Below are positions 1-55,095 of a stretch of DNA of 64,000 nt, one piece after another. The first letter of the stretch is position 1. Each line of letters opens with the position of its first letter. The stretch is from Tubiluchus corallicola (lineage: Eukaryota; Animalia; Priapulida), in the NCBI GenBank assembly GCA_030141605.1, contig JAQGDQ010000313.1:62001-126000 (forward strand), read 5' to 3'. The translations under genes and the position numbers were made by a program. Under the pieces are notes generated by a model. It had not been told where the DNA came from. It made no database searches and saw nothing but the letters and a program-made list of their open reading frames with translations.

Positions 1-309
1 ACGTATAAGAGAATGTAACTGACTTTCCACTGTAGGCTACATCAGTATTATATCTTTGGCTTCAAAAGAAACATTTAAGATTACACCTACGAGTATAAAG
101 TTGCTACTGAAAGTACATCAAATATAGACTAGCATAATTATAGTGTAAATGTTAATAATTCATAATATTAATCTCAAGATCATTATTCATTTTAGAAGGA
201 ACCCAATTAAATGTTGAAAGCAAACATGTCGGCAAGAAACGAAATGCTAAGAAGTCGTTGATTGGTGAGCTTTAATAATTAGGCTTAAATTAGGAGCTAT
301 CATGATGAC

Positions 310-530
310 TAAAGTGGCGTTTATGTAGCGTCCGGAATGCGTATGTGTTATGTGGGTGCGGGATAGATAAAATCGGTTTATATTGTTTTCAATGCCATCG
401 TTTATCTGACCTGCGTTATGCGTTATTTTTTCTGCAGTTATTTCCTATTGATTTTTATTCCGCAGCTACTCCGCAGGTGGATAACGCACAACACGTAACG
501 CATTCTGGATGCTACATAAACGCCATTTTA
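310..530. mobile_element. MITE with 33-bp terminal inverted repeats
   Basis: Left TAAAGTGGCGTTTATGTAGCGTCCGGAATGCGT (310-342) versus reverse complement of 498-530, TAAAATGGCGTTTATGTAGCATCCAGAATGCGT: 3 mismatches. No coding capacity; TA at both ends. Confidence 0.8.
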
Positions 531-680
531 GGCAAACTTATCTAGTGGTCGTGGCTTTCGCCTTTTAAGTGGAAAGTTCCTGGTTTCAAATACAGTCACT
601 TGTCGACCTTTACTAATTTCCTTTCTTGCGGACGAGTTTGGTTTAAAAATTTAATATTTATGTATTCATTCCATCACCTG
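531..680 (+). mobile_element. Degenerate tRNA-derived SINE
   Basis: A-box-like TCTAGTGG and B-box-like GGTTTCAAATAC at tRNA spacing, then an ATTTCCTTTCTT tract and an AAAATTTAAT segment shared with the copies at 29093 and 57931. Confidence 0.55.
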
Positions 681-1192
681 GAAATATCTGAACGCTGACA
701 GATTTTTAAAGATAGAAATCCTTATTACTGTAGTAATTGCTTTACATTAAACCTACACGCAGAAGCCTTTGATGATGTTATTCAAATAGAAAAGTATAAT
801 ATCGTAGAAGCTAGGATTTAATATTATACATACATAGACAACTTTTAACTGTTTTGGCTGTGTAGATGAATAACATCTATATGCGCTGTAATACCAGTTC
901 AGTTTCCTACCCTCAAGGAAAGCACATCAATCATGAGTTGTCAAATATAAGTGAGAAAAAAATAAGTCCCAATAAGGTAAAAGAACTGCAAAGGGCGAAT
1001 GTTTGATGAGCCGACGTCAGTCAGGACCTGTATTTAAAATAATTGAGATCAAATGTGAGTTTCTGAGTAATTTCTAGAAGTATCGAAATGAAATTGCGCA
1101 CGGTAGCTTCTCATTTTGAAATCGAGTGTAATTTCTAATTTTGGCTAAAATTTACAATACCCCACACACAATTAATTAGTTCGTGAAGCTGT

Positions 1193-1240
1193 TTAGGGTC
1201 AGGGTTGGGGTTGCGGTTAGGGTTGGATTAGGGTTAGGGT
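1193..1240 (+). repeat. Short degenerate (TTAGGG)-like tract
   Basis: TTAGGGTCAGGGTTGGGGTTGCGGTTAGGGTTGGATTAGGGTTAGGGT: about 8 imperfect hexamers. Confidence 0.7.
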
Positions 1241-2711
1241 GTTTAAATTGTCTGGAGAATTCTAAACTCCTTCCCTAATTTTAAACTTGCGGAAGGCCAG
1301 GCAGTATTTATTCTAGTAGCCCCAGCCTTTGAGTAGAAATAGGAGATTAAATAATTTCCCTCACAATTTTACAGTAGTTTCAAGACGGAAACAGCTGAAT
1401 AATTTACTTAAAAACTCCTGGTTTATATCACCTCGTTTTAAACTGCTGGAAATTTTTTGTGCTAATTTAAACCAAATAAGACGGTTCAACGACGAAAGTA
1501 TGTTAGCCAGGTAAACTGTTTAATAGCCTTATAAAGCAATATGTTAATACTTTTCAATGATCACACACTAAGCATTTAATAGTGTGATGCATTTTTATAA
1601 CAAGCACAAGAACAACAACATCGGAGCTAATTGTTAGACACCAAATCTTGTGAATTATGCCAAAGGTAAATCAGAATACGTGTCAAAAATAAATTCCACC
1701 AATTTTATATTTGGCGGCTGTTCATATTTTACGTTATGTTCGGTTAATGACTAAGAGCAGTAACTGGATGTTGCTGCGCGTTAATCTAAATCCTACCTGT
1801 TAATCAAGGGTATCGAAGCATACAAACTCAAGCAAGCAACAGTGTTGCATGCAAGTATAATTATAGTTATACATGAACACGTAGATTTACTGCAGCAGTT
1901 TAGGGCAATTGGAATAGGATCTAGAGACCGCAGCGGGCATGTTCATGAATATAATTAAACTATTACAGATCCTTTCCAAGGGTATACAGGTACGCTTGTA
2001 GCCTAATACTAAGTAAGTGAGTTATTCACAATAAAAAGTTATGAAGAAACATTTTATTACACGTTTAAATTTACAAATATCGTGAAAAAAATAAATTGCG
2101 CAGTTTGCAGCCTAAAGCATTATTGTAGATATTTTTAAATGCAAACGTTTACCTGAATAATTTAGTTCGTGCAGCCGGCTTATGCTCGCTCACTGCTCTT
2201 CCTTTTATAATACATATTCGGTTATGCTGCTTAATTAATAATTAACACAGTCCTATTGCTGCGTCTTTTCTGTAACGATACTAATAACGCTCACTCTTTC
2301 ACATATTTTTCTAGTAAAAAACACAGTATTTCATACGACTGCACACTGTCAAAATACTGGTTGCCCAGGAACGTAATGTCAATAATAAAATACAGAAAGC
2401 CGAGTTCCTAAGATCAATGAGACCGAAACAGGCTTTGTTACGCACAGTCAGTAGCTTACATTGAGAGCCGACAGGGCGGTGAACACACCTGTGTGCTTGT
2501 TCGGCCTCCGAACAGGTAATACCAAACTGATTAGAGCGATAATACTGAACGTGGACAACAATTAAGAGTACTTATCTGCGTACTAGTTAGAATTTTTTAA
2601 CTTCGAAGAAACTGCTAACTATAAAGGAAAGAATAAAACGATGAATGGATAATGTTATAATGAAGTCACTTGTAAATTGCATGATTGGAAAAGGAGTTTT
2701 TAGATCACAAA

Positions 2712-2810
2712 GGTTTTAGTCTAGTGATAGTGGAATTAGATTTGTAAATGAAAAGTCCTTGGTTCCCATGCAGTCTCATTCATGATTTCCCCACTTCCTT
2801 TTGGCTAATT
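2712..2810 (+). mobile_element. Highly degenerate tRNA-derived SINE head
   Basis: TAGTCTAGTGAT...GAAAAGTCCTTGGTTC...CACTTCCTTTTGG has the same layout as the other SINE copies. Confidence 0.35.
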
Positions 2811-3046
2811 AGTTTTATAATTTCACCAAGTGCGGGTTCGCCTTATCATTCATAAAATGTCGCAGTTAAGATTATAAATACGTAATTATTACTTACAGCT
2901 TGTTCTGAGCTACAAATTAATTAAAATTTGTAAACAGTGAACAGTAATCTGTTTAGACAGCAATTCTACTAACTAAAAATTCCCCATTTTTTCAGATTCG
3001 TTGGTGAAGTGTTAGGGCTAAATTAAGATCTGCTTTTTGACCACAA

Positions 3047-3135
3047 GGGCCGTTGTGGTCTGCTGGGCATAGCATTAAACTTCTAATCGGGCGGTCCCTA
3101 GTTCAAATCCAGGCACAGTTCCAACTTTAATGCCA
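3047..3135 (+). mobile_element. Degenerate tRNA-derived SINE head
   Basis: GGGCCGTTGTGGTCTGCTGG (A-box-like) ... CTAGTTCAAATCCAGGC (B-box GTTCAAATCC), followed by ACAGTTCCAACT, similar to the 57931 copy. Confidence 0.55.
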
Positions 3136-3555
3136 ATCAGAAAAGTATTTTAAACTAAACTTTGTCATTATATTTATTACTTACTAAATAATTATGTTGA
3201 TGTTAATGTTTTCGCATTGGCTTAGAGAACCACGGTAATATCCTATTTGTAATAATGTGAATTTGGTTTTTTCTTTGTAATTTTTGCATAAGCAATTTTT
3301 CTATCATCCTACAGACTATTTCGTATCCTGAAATGAATGATTACACAATGAAGAAATACGTCATTGTTAACAAAAATTTTTATATTGTCGTGTAAACCAT
3401 AACAACAAAATGTCCAGAAAGAAGGATAAAACAAATTAGCAGTATTGTAAAAATCGTAAAAAGATGAAGACCGACGTTACGTTATTATTTTGACTTCTTT
3501 GGTAAATTTAAATTCTCTATACAGTTATACGGACATCTTTGCCAGTTATAATATG

Positions 3556-22201
<18,646 letters not shown>

Positions 22202-22250
22202 CCTGCTTCGGTTTGACCAGGTGGGTCGTCCTACACGCGTTCAAACGTGA

Positions 22251-22270
22251 TATATATACCAATCTTATCT
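22251..22270 (-). promoter_or_regulatory. Candidate TATA box and GATA site upstream of gene A
   Basis: Minus strand reads AGATAAG-ATTGG-TATATATA about 50 nt upstream of the ATG at 22201; a second AGATAA lies near 22324. Motif match only, no transcript evidence. Confidence 0.35.
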
Positions 22271-22477
22271 TATTAATCTCTTTCGTCATCGTTTCGTCAT
22301 CGAATTTGGTAACTACTTGTGCAAGATAAACATTGGCACGCGCCTGGTACATGGCAAAAATAATTTCTGCAATGCCTGCGATTAAAATGTGGCATGATTT
22401 CTAGGACTTTGTTTCCAGGGAAAGTTGGGCAGTTTGGCTGATGAAATATCCTTTTGCTACAAATTTAGCACCACAAG

Positions 22478-22648
<171 letters not shown>

Positions 22649-23013
22649 ATTTATAATTAAAATTGCCAATTACTAAATATCCACGAAAGAAATATGAAAA
22701 TAAAGCAAAAACAAGCAAGCAATGATTCTACATAATTGGCTGATTTGCAGCTTGCATGCTTGACTGTTTTCTAACAGTTTTCAAATTGTGTATTTTATAA
22801 GCTGTTTATGTCAATTAACTGGTGTTTACTTTATATTACTTTACAAAATGTTATATTTTGTTTCAAGTAAATGTGATTTGAACTAATGCTGGTTTTTATA
22901 AATTGAGGAGTGGTATCGTGCATCCATAATAATAATAAAATGGCAGTTAATCACAACACGGTGTTAAAAATAATTTGTTATTTTGATATATTTCAATATT
23001 TCGAGATAAGGAG

Positions 23014-23188
23014 AAGGAAAGGAGAGAGACAGAGAGATGGGAGAGAGAGAAATATAGAAACAGGGAAACAATGCTGCATTTTATGTCGTATTAATTTGTG
23101 GCTTCTCTCTCTCACTCACACACACACGCACACACATACACACACACTCTCTCTCTCTCTCTCGCTCACCCTCTTTCTCTATCTCTCT
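23014..23188. repeat. (GA)n tract followed by (CT)n(CA)n(CT)n dinucleotide tracts
   Basis: Directly visible. Confidence 0.8.
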
Positions 23189-23627
23189 AACGGCAGAGAA
23201 ATGTTAAGCACTTTAATGCTTAGCATGTAAAGGTGTAACAGAAGAACATATTTTTCAGCTAGTAAATATAACAAAAACACAATCTTATCCCATATAATCG
23301 TGCACCAAAACAAAAAACACGTATCGTCCAACCTTTTTCAGATGTGCGCGATGGTTGAACACTTGCAGTTTTGTGTAGGTACTCGCTCCGGGTCTTGCAA
23401 GCGTACTGTCTATCCCCACCGAGAGTCGTTTGCGCCAGGGCTGACTCTCCTTCTTGCGCCACACAATCTTGAGTTCTAGATGTCCGGATCGATAGCAGTA
23501 TACAAATTCTTCGAGCTAAATTATATGGCACGTTGCATTTCACGTGTTTGGGAAAAGTTGAATGGAAGTGTACATATTGATTACAAAAATTTGTACTTAA
23601 TAACCGTTTTGAAAATTTAAACGATAT

Positions 23628-23960
23628 TATACTTTACAAGCAAGTACACAATGGAGAATGAAAGTGTATGTTGGTTTATGTCACATATGACACTTTATAA
23701 GCAAATAAACAATGAAGACAGAAAATACACGTTACTTTAGTTACAAGCAATTAAACAATGGAGAATGAAAATATGTTACTTTATTTCACACATATGATAC
23801 TTTGCAAGCAAGTAAACAATGCAGAATGAAAATACATGTTACTGTAGTTCATACGCATGATACTTTATAAGCAAGTAAACAATGGAGAATAAAAATGTAT
23901 GTTACTTTATTTCACATATATAATGCTTTACAAAAAAGTAAACAGCGGAGAATGAGAATA
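23628..23960. repeat. Minisatellite, about 60-bp unit x about 6
   Basis: Unit resembles ACTTTA(C/T)AAGCAAGTAAACAATGGAGAATGAAAATATGTTACTTTATTTCACACATATGAT, six imperfect copies. Confidence 0.9.
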
Positions 23961-24699
23961 TATATTAAACGGTTAGGGGAAATGAAACGACATATCGGTC
24001 TCTTATTCCCCTAATTAAAGTAAAATATCTAATCTTAATAGGTGATTGTACTTTACTAATGAAGCTATTACATGAACAGTTGTTATTTTTAATTGTATAT
24101 AACTTTACATTTTCACATTAATTGCTGCTATAATCTCGGCAGCTTTATTGAATTGACCTTTGCGGCTGTAGAAAACGTATTCCAGATTTATATATGCATG
24201 GATTCCGGCTCGTCCACTTTCACGCAACAAAAGATTGGCACCGTTCCTTACAGCAGTTTTTGTTGTATTACAGCAGTAAAAAAATCTGTGTACAGAGTGT
24301 CCTGCATAGATCGCTCTATACTGGGTAGTAATTCTAAACCTAAAGCACGCTACCTGTGCTAACATGTACTCTTGCGTTGGGTAGGCTCACAGAAAATCGT
24401 AGCCGTTGCTCACAGAAAATCACACACAGTTGGTGCTCCTGGTTGTAATATTGTTCAAACCAACAGGAGCGGGCAGGAGGTGAGTCAAAAATATAAAAAA
24501 AGGAATGGGAGAGAGAAAAGGGAAGAACTAGAGTAGGGCAGTAGAGAAGGTAGAGAAATAAGGAAGAAGGTAGATAGAAATGGATAGCCAGGTAGAAGGA
24601 GAAAGAGAGACAGAGAGAAAGGAGAGAGAAAACAAAAAGAGAAACGAGACACAGACAGAAGAGAAAGAGAGAGAAAAAGAAAGAAAGGCAAATATACGT

Positions 24700-25030
24700 G
24701 CACTAGTCACATATGCATTGAAGAGTTGCAGCCTCATTTTGAGGGATGCTTTCTTGCTGGTTAGATAGAATTGATTTGTTTTGGAAGAAACTGTACAGTG
24801 TCCACTGTTTCCTATTTTTGATATCATCTTCTGTGTTAAGTAGTAATCCATGTTATGTACGTTTCCAGGATTGATTTCGATCCCTTGAGGTGGTATATTC
24901 TTCAGCTTTCTTGTTGTTGACTTTGAGATTCCTTTTTTCTGGTAATCTATGGCACTCTTTTTTAACGGTATCTATGTGGAATTGAAATACTAATCCACCC
25001 AATGTCGTCGGTATATTGTCGATCTATTAG
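24700..25030 (-). mobile_element. Degenerate non-LTR retrotransposon reverse transcriptase fragment (RTE-like)
   Basis: Minus strand with frameshifts and a stop: RQYTDDIGWIS (YADD motif, about 25001-25015), EKRNLKVNNKKAEEY, GLLLNTEDDIKNRKQ, LTSKKASLKMRLQLFNAYVTS, in the order of RT domains 5-7 and the thumb. Confidence 0.7.
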
Positions 25031-25524
25031 GAATGGTTTATAGGAATCAAATGTAATGTTACCTAATGTATTAGTACTTCGCAAAAAATGTATTTAAAGT
25101 GACACGATGGGCCAATACCCTAGAATTTGTTTCAATTTTTGTTAGTTTTTCACCATTTTGATTCTAGACAAATAATATACACACTCTTTAACGAAATCAT
25201 AGCTAACAGCCCCGTCGCCAAGACGTTGCATACCGTGCGTCGGGAGAGCAGTGAAAATTTTTAAACACATCACAAAGTTGCATTATTTTCAAAAGTGGAA
25301 ACCCAAGATTGAGTTTACTTCATATAACGGCATTTATCTATAAAATTGATTGTGATGTTACTAGTATTATTTTGTAAATGTTGAGCAGTATCTAGAGTTT
25401 ATTTCCTGCTTGTTTCGTGCGTAAATCGCAAGAAAGCACTCTTTCATAAATAAAGCTCTAAAATTGTCTGACAGAAACAAATAATATATATATAATTTCA
25501 AAGATTCGCTAATTAATAATGTGT

Positions 25525-25527
<3 letters not shown>

Positions 25528-25564
<37 letters not shown>

Positions 25565-25615
25565 CATACATAAATATATATATATTTATATATTATACAT
25601 ACATATGTATATATA
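25528..25615. repeat. (TA)n/(TACA)n microsatellite
   Basis: Directly visible. Confidence 0.9.
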
Positions 25616-25970
25616 TCTTTGAAAAATTTCTCCCCAAAGAATGCTTTTGTGTAAACTTACATGTATAGTACACCCATAATAATTTTGTTAATGTAAAACA
25701 ATTTTTATCATTGCAAATAAATTGTTTTACTGCTTTATTTTCCAGTAAGTGAAATCGGTAAATAAAGATTGTGAGAATTCTACAGTAAGTGTGACGTAGG
25801 CCTGTAATCGTATACACACGCACACTTTATCAACTGATATTTCGTTTTTTATTCAGTTCCACATCTGGAAGAGAATGGAAATCAAAAACGTGCTTTTGGA
25901 TTATAAAAGATAGAAAATTAGTCTAAACAAACAAGCAAAGTCCTGTTTTAGTGACTTTTTAGTTTATGAA

Positions 25971-25976
25971 TTTATT
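25971..25976 (-). terminator. Candidate polyadenylation signal of gene B
   Basis: AATAAA on the minus strand about 90 nt after the stop codon at 26066. The motif is common in AT-rich DNA. Confidence 0.35.
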
Positions 25977-26065
25977 AACAGATTTTTTTAACAAACTCAT
26001 TAAGACATTACACCATAATTGACATTTGAAGCTTCCAATTTGTAAATTTCTTAGTGAAGTGATTT

Positions 26066-49052
<22,987 letters not shown>

Positions 49053-52000
49053 CTTGACACCTATTATTGCCTACTGTGCGGTATAAAATATGGTGCATTT
49101 TTGCTTTAATCTTTGTCCCATGACGTTATTTTTTGGACGTTTTATTTGTTTTAACTGTGACAAGTCACGAGCTACGTTCTAGCAGTAAAAATTTTGCATA
49201 GACCATAAGGTATGGTCTCACGTGTCGTTAGTATATTAAGCAACAAACAAATACATAAAAACTAGCTTCGGTATTTGAATATTAAAACGAACTCTGTATC
49301 ACCGGGTGATGCAATCATGTCCAGGTTAAATTTGTCAAAAGGGTCTTTATTTTTAGGACTTTTCGTGCATTTGCTTTAAAGTTTCCGTGTTAAAAAACGG
49401 AGCTAAAGAAAAAACCTGTCTAAATCGTATAGTTTTATTCTAAACAGCTGGTGAAAGGGTCGTAACATGAACATTTTTAAATGCTTCATTCAACATTCGT
49501 CTTTTGTTTGTCCATACATTGCGGTATTATACTGGTTGACGCAGAAAAACTGCACAGATGATACTAGAAGTCCTACAAAACTGGAATTTCACACAATGTT
49601 ACCTTCTTGCTGCTAATATTTACAGTGATTTTTCAATTGTGGCGGAAACTCTATATGTATCTTATACTATGTTACCTTGTTATTTTATAGTATGGTAGAA
49701 TATTAAATGCCAGAAAAACATCACCTAATAATCAATTGAAAAACAGCTACGTTAACGTATAAAGCACTCAATTCACGGCAGCAAAACAACGTATTAATCA
49801 ATTGACATCATATTATTCACTGCAGAAAATGAGGCACTGTTTAAGATTTGTTGCCAAGAAAAAAGTGGGCCTTCTTTTTCTGGAATTTAGCGTCTGGAAT
49901 TTTTTTAAAAAGAAAGTGAATTACGACCGCACATAGCGGCTTGGCGCAGAGGCACTAAAGGCAAAAATTGTTGAGTGTTAGGACAAAACGTCCTTTAAAA
50001 AGTCAGTCCCTTAAAAACTGTATCAGCTACTGGCAATGCCTTGGTCTAGGCGCATCGAAAACGGTGTACACATTCAGTGCTTGTTGTAAATTTTAACAAT
50101 GGTGACACGCGAAATTTTTCCGGCATTAATGTTTTTGACTTGTTATTTTTAAAACTTCTGTGTCTTTGGAAAAATCTTAAGGACTTGAAACTTCTGGTGC
50201 TTTAACATAAACGTATGTAATGTCAGTGTGACAATATCCAGGGGATTCCATTATTTCTCATTATAATATCATAATTCGTCGATTTTTTTACACCGAAGTT
50301 TTGACTTTGTCAGCATAGAATAAAAATAGAAATGTCTATCTGTGGTTCTTTGGCATATAAACCATTAAAACAATATGAACTATTACGAAGTCGGGCAGCT
50401 TCGCGGACACGTCGCATCGTTCTGAACTGCCACTAAGCTAACTATTTCTACAAAATGATTATACGGACAAAAGGCTGGTTATTTCGAACTGCTTAGAAGA
50501 ACATCAGGCTCGAGAAAATCACCAATAGTTTGAAAGCTTGAACACAAAACACTGAACAGATTAACTTAGTGGGCTAAAAAAGCCCATTGAAAAGCACCTC
50601 ATGGGCAGCAAGCGCTCCAAACGAAAAACGACGTCTTTAAGATGCACCGTAGCAAATCTAGGCTTCATGCTTCATTGTGATGTCATCAGTAAGTCATGGT
50701 CAATCCATCTGCAAACTTCGAAATGGGCCAATACTAAATTTCCTTAAGATGTAGTTACAGATGTATGACAGTACATGCATCAGAAAGAGTCTTGGTAATG
50801 GTTTTTTAACTTACAGCTAGCATTGGTTTGATGCCTAGAAGGCTGCCTTACTGCTCATCTAAGATATTTTTTAACAAATTTGCAAACCTAAGACTGACTC
50901 TTATCCCTGGATCATAATAAGCGGCTTATCTACTTGTGTTTGCGTTTTTGAAGAAGCTCATTGACCTAAAAGCTTTTATGCTAGCAGTGACTTGACCGTT
51001 GGGAGGCTTCTTAGTGCTGCTTGTATCCCATTTTTTGAAGAAGTTGAAGCGCATTGACCTACTCCCTAGAACGACATTTTAGTGCTTTGCTCATTGAAGC
51101 ATGGTTCTTTGTTTAGTGCTCCTCAATTCATGACATGTAATCCAACTCCTTAAATAACACACCAACTGTTTCATGTTATTTGTTTGACTCAATCGCAGAT
51201 TGAAACTTGAGTAGAAAGTTTAATTTTGCTTAGGCACATTTCACTTGAGCGTTTGAGATTATTCAGTTATAGCTACAGTATGTCCATTAGAGGAATAAAC
51301 ATACTTGATTTATATTCCTATGAAATAAGGGGATCAGGTGATTAACCTGTATAAATTACTAGCAGCAGCATTAACAATTGCACATATTTTCAAACTGATA
51401 TAAAGAAAACTGTCAAAAAACAGCCAAAATAAGCCACCTGTAAATCTCCTAGGGATGGAGGAAGCATTTCGAGCACCTATGGTCAAACATCATCAAGAAC
51501 GTGTTCATGCTCCCATTGACAGTTGCCTTACGCCGACATCTTCCTGGGAGGCAGTTGCCATAACCCCCGCCACTCCTCCAAGGACTTACTAGCCATCCAC
51601 AGTAACATAGTTACAGTGTAATTAATGGTTTGTAATTCAGTTTGAGTTTAATGAACAAGCAACTAGGTCCTGGTCCCTAAGAGGCTACGTTACTGCTCTT
51701 GTATCATATTTCTAAAGTTTACTGAATTACCAGTTAGTGGTTACTTGGTCCTAGGAGATTACACGTAGGACTTCATGTGCCCGCAATCCGTGATGCGTGG
51801 TCCGTATGTGTAATGCGCATTGATATGTGTCCGCGAAAGTCATGTGTATTAACAAAGCTCTCGAAATTTTTCCGCCATTTTTGATTGCTATTAATGAACA
51901 TTGGAAGTATAACTATTTTTTGAAGCCGTCTGTCGAAATTTCAGGACGACAGTAATCAAATTTTTGAATCACAGAAATTCAAAAGAAAGCCCAAAATTTG

Positions 52001-53516
52001 CTATATAATATATTGCAGTGGAGAGAACAATATGGCATATATCACCACTTATTAGGGAAGGAACTGCAGCTAGATTCTGAACAACATAATTCTACGCTTC
52101 TTCACTCTCAGAAACCCTAATGGAAGAAATATCATTGTCCATAGGTTCTGAGGTGACCAAACTTACCTGACCAAGAAGGCTAACAGCGAAAATGGTGAAC
52201 GGAAGCTTGAAAATTCGCTAAATCACCAAGGCAGCGACGGTTTCCCATGTGCCTAGTGCTGCGTGATGCGTATTTGGACAACAGCGAGTGAATAAGAATC
52301 ATGCTTCACGCATTGCGCATTTCGTAAGGCTGCACATGGAACACTTACATGTATTTAAATTCAAACTGCTCGATACACGCTACGCATCATGAATTACACA
52401 AACATGGATTATTCTTTATTTACTCGTATTTTATTGTACGTTGCCCGTACTTAGATCATTTTACATAAATATTATAGTAATGACTTACTCTAACGTCATT
52501 CTTCCGTTTCGTATATTCACAAACATTTTATTAAGTAGTTTTATTAACTATTATTTGTTTGGCGTGATATTTAAAGATTATTTTAGACCAAATTTGCTAA
52601 CACCTATTGGTTAAAAATTGATACAATTACATGTAGTTATTTTCATAGACATTTTGATATTGATTGGAAATTTAATGCATACTTTCGCTTTTTAGTAGTT
52701 TGAATATTAATACTTTACTAAAATAAAATTTTTGTATTTTTCGTAAAAATAATATAATAATAAACAACTAATAAATACGTAAACGAAAATAGTATCTCGC
52801 ACTACTTCATTTAAACTTGATTACTTTCATTTTAAATTTTGAAGAATTCTTTATTAAAAAGTTTAGTGTGTTACAATTATTAATATAATTTATACTACAC
52901 AATTGATGTTGCTAATTACAACTACTGATTGACCGGTAAATATCAAATAATATTTAAAACAATAAAAGGTAGATGAATTATTAGAAAGATTGGGAATAAC
53001 CTACTAAATGACGTTACACTTTTATAAAATCTCCACAATTATTAAAACTATTAGAAATTTAATAAGTAGTGAAATAAGCTCCATCGTTTGTATGAATACC
53101 AAATAATATTGATTAAATGACGTTACAATAGCTAAAAACTGAGAGAATGTTGCAATACCCTAACTTGCAATATGGGTGTGAACCATGTGATTCTGGCCCT
53201 GAAAAATAGTTTCACTGGCATACTCGTACTTATAAACTGCAAGCATATGCATACGATAATAATAATAATATAATAATAGCTATAAATCAATCTTGTTATT
53301 AACTTGGTTGTGACTAGACCTGTTACTCCATAGTGTGATGCTGAGAGATGTGTAGAGACAATTAAGTCGATCATCGTTATAACTTCAATCCCAAAACACC
53401 GCAAATACAATTACATTAGTTAATTAAGGACGACAATTAATGTCCAGGGAAATAAAAATTTTACACAACAGAGCTCTACATATGCAGAATTGTGCAGGTA
53501 GTCTTTCTTATACTCG

Positions 53517-55024
53517 TCAGCTTATCTCATCAACGTTTTCCTCTGTGTCGGTTAAAATAAAAGGACTTCGTCTTGCCTTGTGTGCTAATATCAGCCACAC
53601 GAGGGCACTTAGTATGCAGAAACCAGAGCCTGTCCAAGCCATCGTAACAGACCAACCTAGAAACAGAACAAGATTTAACTAAAAAGCCTCGTTATAATAA
53701 AATATAGAATTTTTTTTCGTTATATTATAATCCGATAAGATGCAATTTCTTTCAGATAACTGTGAAAATCATGTGACCTCAGAGTTCAGTAATGGTCAAT
53801 CTCTTATTAAATAAATGTAAATACATGCAGTAACATGAGTACATAAACCAGCATTAAAGTTTGCGAATACATAAAATGTAATGGTACTGCTAATGAACTG
53901 CATACTGTAATCCGTTTTTTTTCGTATTTTTACAGAATGGATGTACAGCCATTGAACAGTCTTAAGCCCTATTTACATGATGCAATTTTTGCTCATGTCT
54001 GTCGCGTCAGACGTATATGTACAAAACTCATCGTGTAGCGTGTACTTACAATAGCATTTTATGACGCATGCGTTAGTCGCATGCAGAAGACCTACGTTCT
54101 AATTTCTTAGGTATATCATCATATTAGATAGCTGTGAAACTTAACCCATTACGTAGGTGGGATTGCAGGCAGACTCATTTCCCAGAAAGTTTTTTGCAAG
54201 AAGAATTCCCCCCCCCCACAAAAAAAAATTCCCCCGCCAGAAATATTTACTTCCCGAAATTTTTTTTCCCAGATTTGCCATTTCCCAGAACCGTCATTTC
54301 ATAAAAATAAAATTCACAGAAACTGTAATAAATACTTTTAGATAATGCGCAAGAAAAGGTATTTTATTTTAACTACGTGCATTAGATTAGTATGAATCAT
54401 ACAATAAAAAAATTGACAACTCATTAAGGCAAGAAAGTACATTTCTAACGTCAGAACGATTACGTGGCGAATCATGTTGATCCTTGCATCTACGCAATAC
54501 TGAGTAATCACGGCGTGTGATTCGCTACCAGTGTGACTGCGACATCTCTGCCAGTTCAGTATTTCATTTCAGAGGATTATCTTGGTAATGAACTACGATC
54601 CGGTCCTGCCATAAAAGAACCTGTAAAAAATCTTTCAAAAGGAGTTTAATTTATTGGACAAATGTTGACCCTAAAATATTAACAAATCTGTGTGGTTCGA
54701 AAAGCATTGGTGTTTTCACTTTTTATAATTCTTATTTATTAAAATATATTTCAAATCCTATGAAAATCAATTGAATTTGAAGTGATCATATGCCGCAAAT
54801 GATTCAATGCAAGTTACTGTCAGAAAGAAACTAATTTCATTCTAAAAACAACTGTAAATTGTATCAACAAAGCTTCAAAACAAACTATTTTTTCAAAACA
54901 AATCTAAAAACCGATCCTGACACCTTAAACATCGTGTCATTTTAAATTATTCTGATTTTCGATAAATCGCAGCAAAAAGGACAGCTAACGGACAGCAAAA
55001 GGTGAAAGAACGAAAAGTACTGGG

Positions 55025-55095
<71 letters not shown>

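Noticed and set aside
1193-1240. Telomere or chromosome fusion site
   Set aside because: Only about 8 imperfect units; short GGTTAG-like tracts are common inside invertebrate repeats.
2447-2520. Possible plus-strand exon (SVAYIESRQGGEHTCVLVRPPN) bounded by CAG and GTAAT
   Set aside because: No partner exons or recognisable homology; cannot be separated from chance.
23628-23960. About 60-bp periodic array as a CRISPR candidate
   Set aside because: The whole unit is repeated, including the would-be spacer, so it is a minisatellite.
24105-24365. Overlapping 86-89 aa ORFs between genes A and B
   Set aside because: No recognisable family or splice support; adjacent to LINE debris.
50540-51600. 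GC-richer stretch that might be a decayed transposon coding region
   Set aside because: No motif I could recognise in the frames I examined; needs BLASTX.
51772-52410. Weak inverted repeats around CATGTGC...GTGATGCGT
   Set aside because: Too degenerate to define termini by eye.
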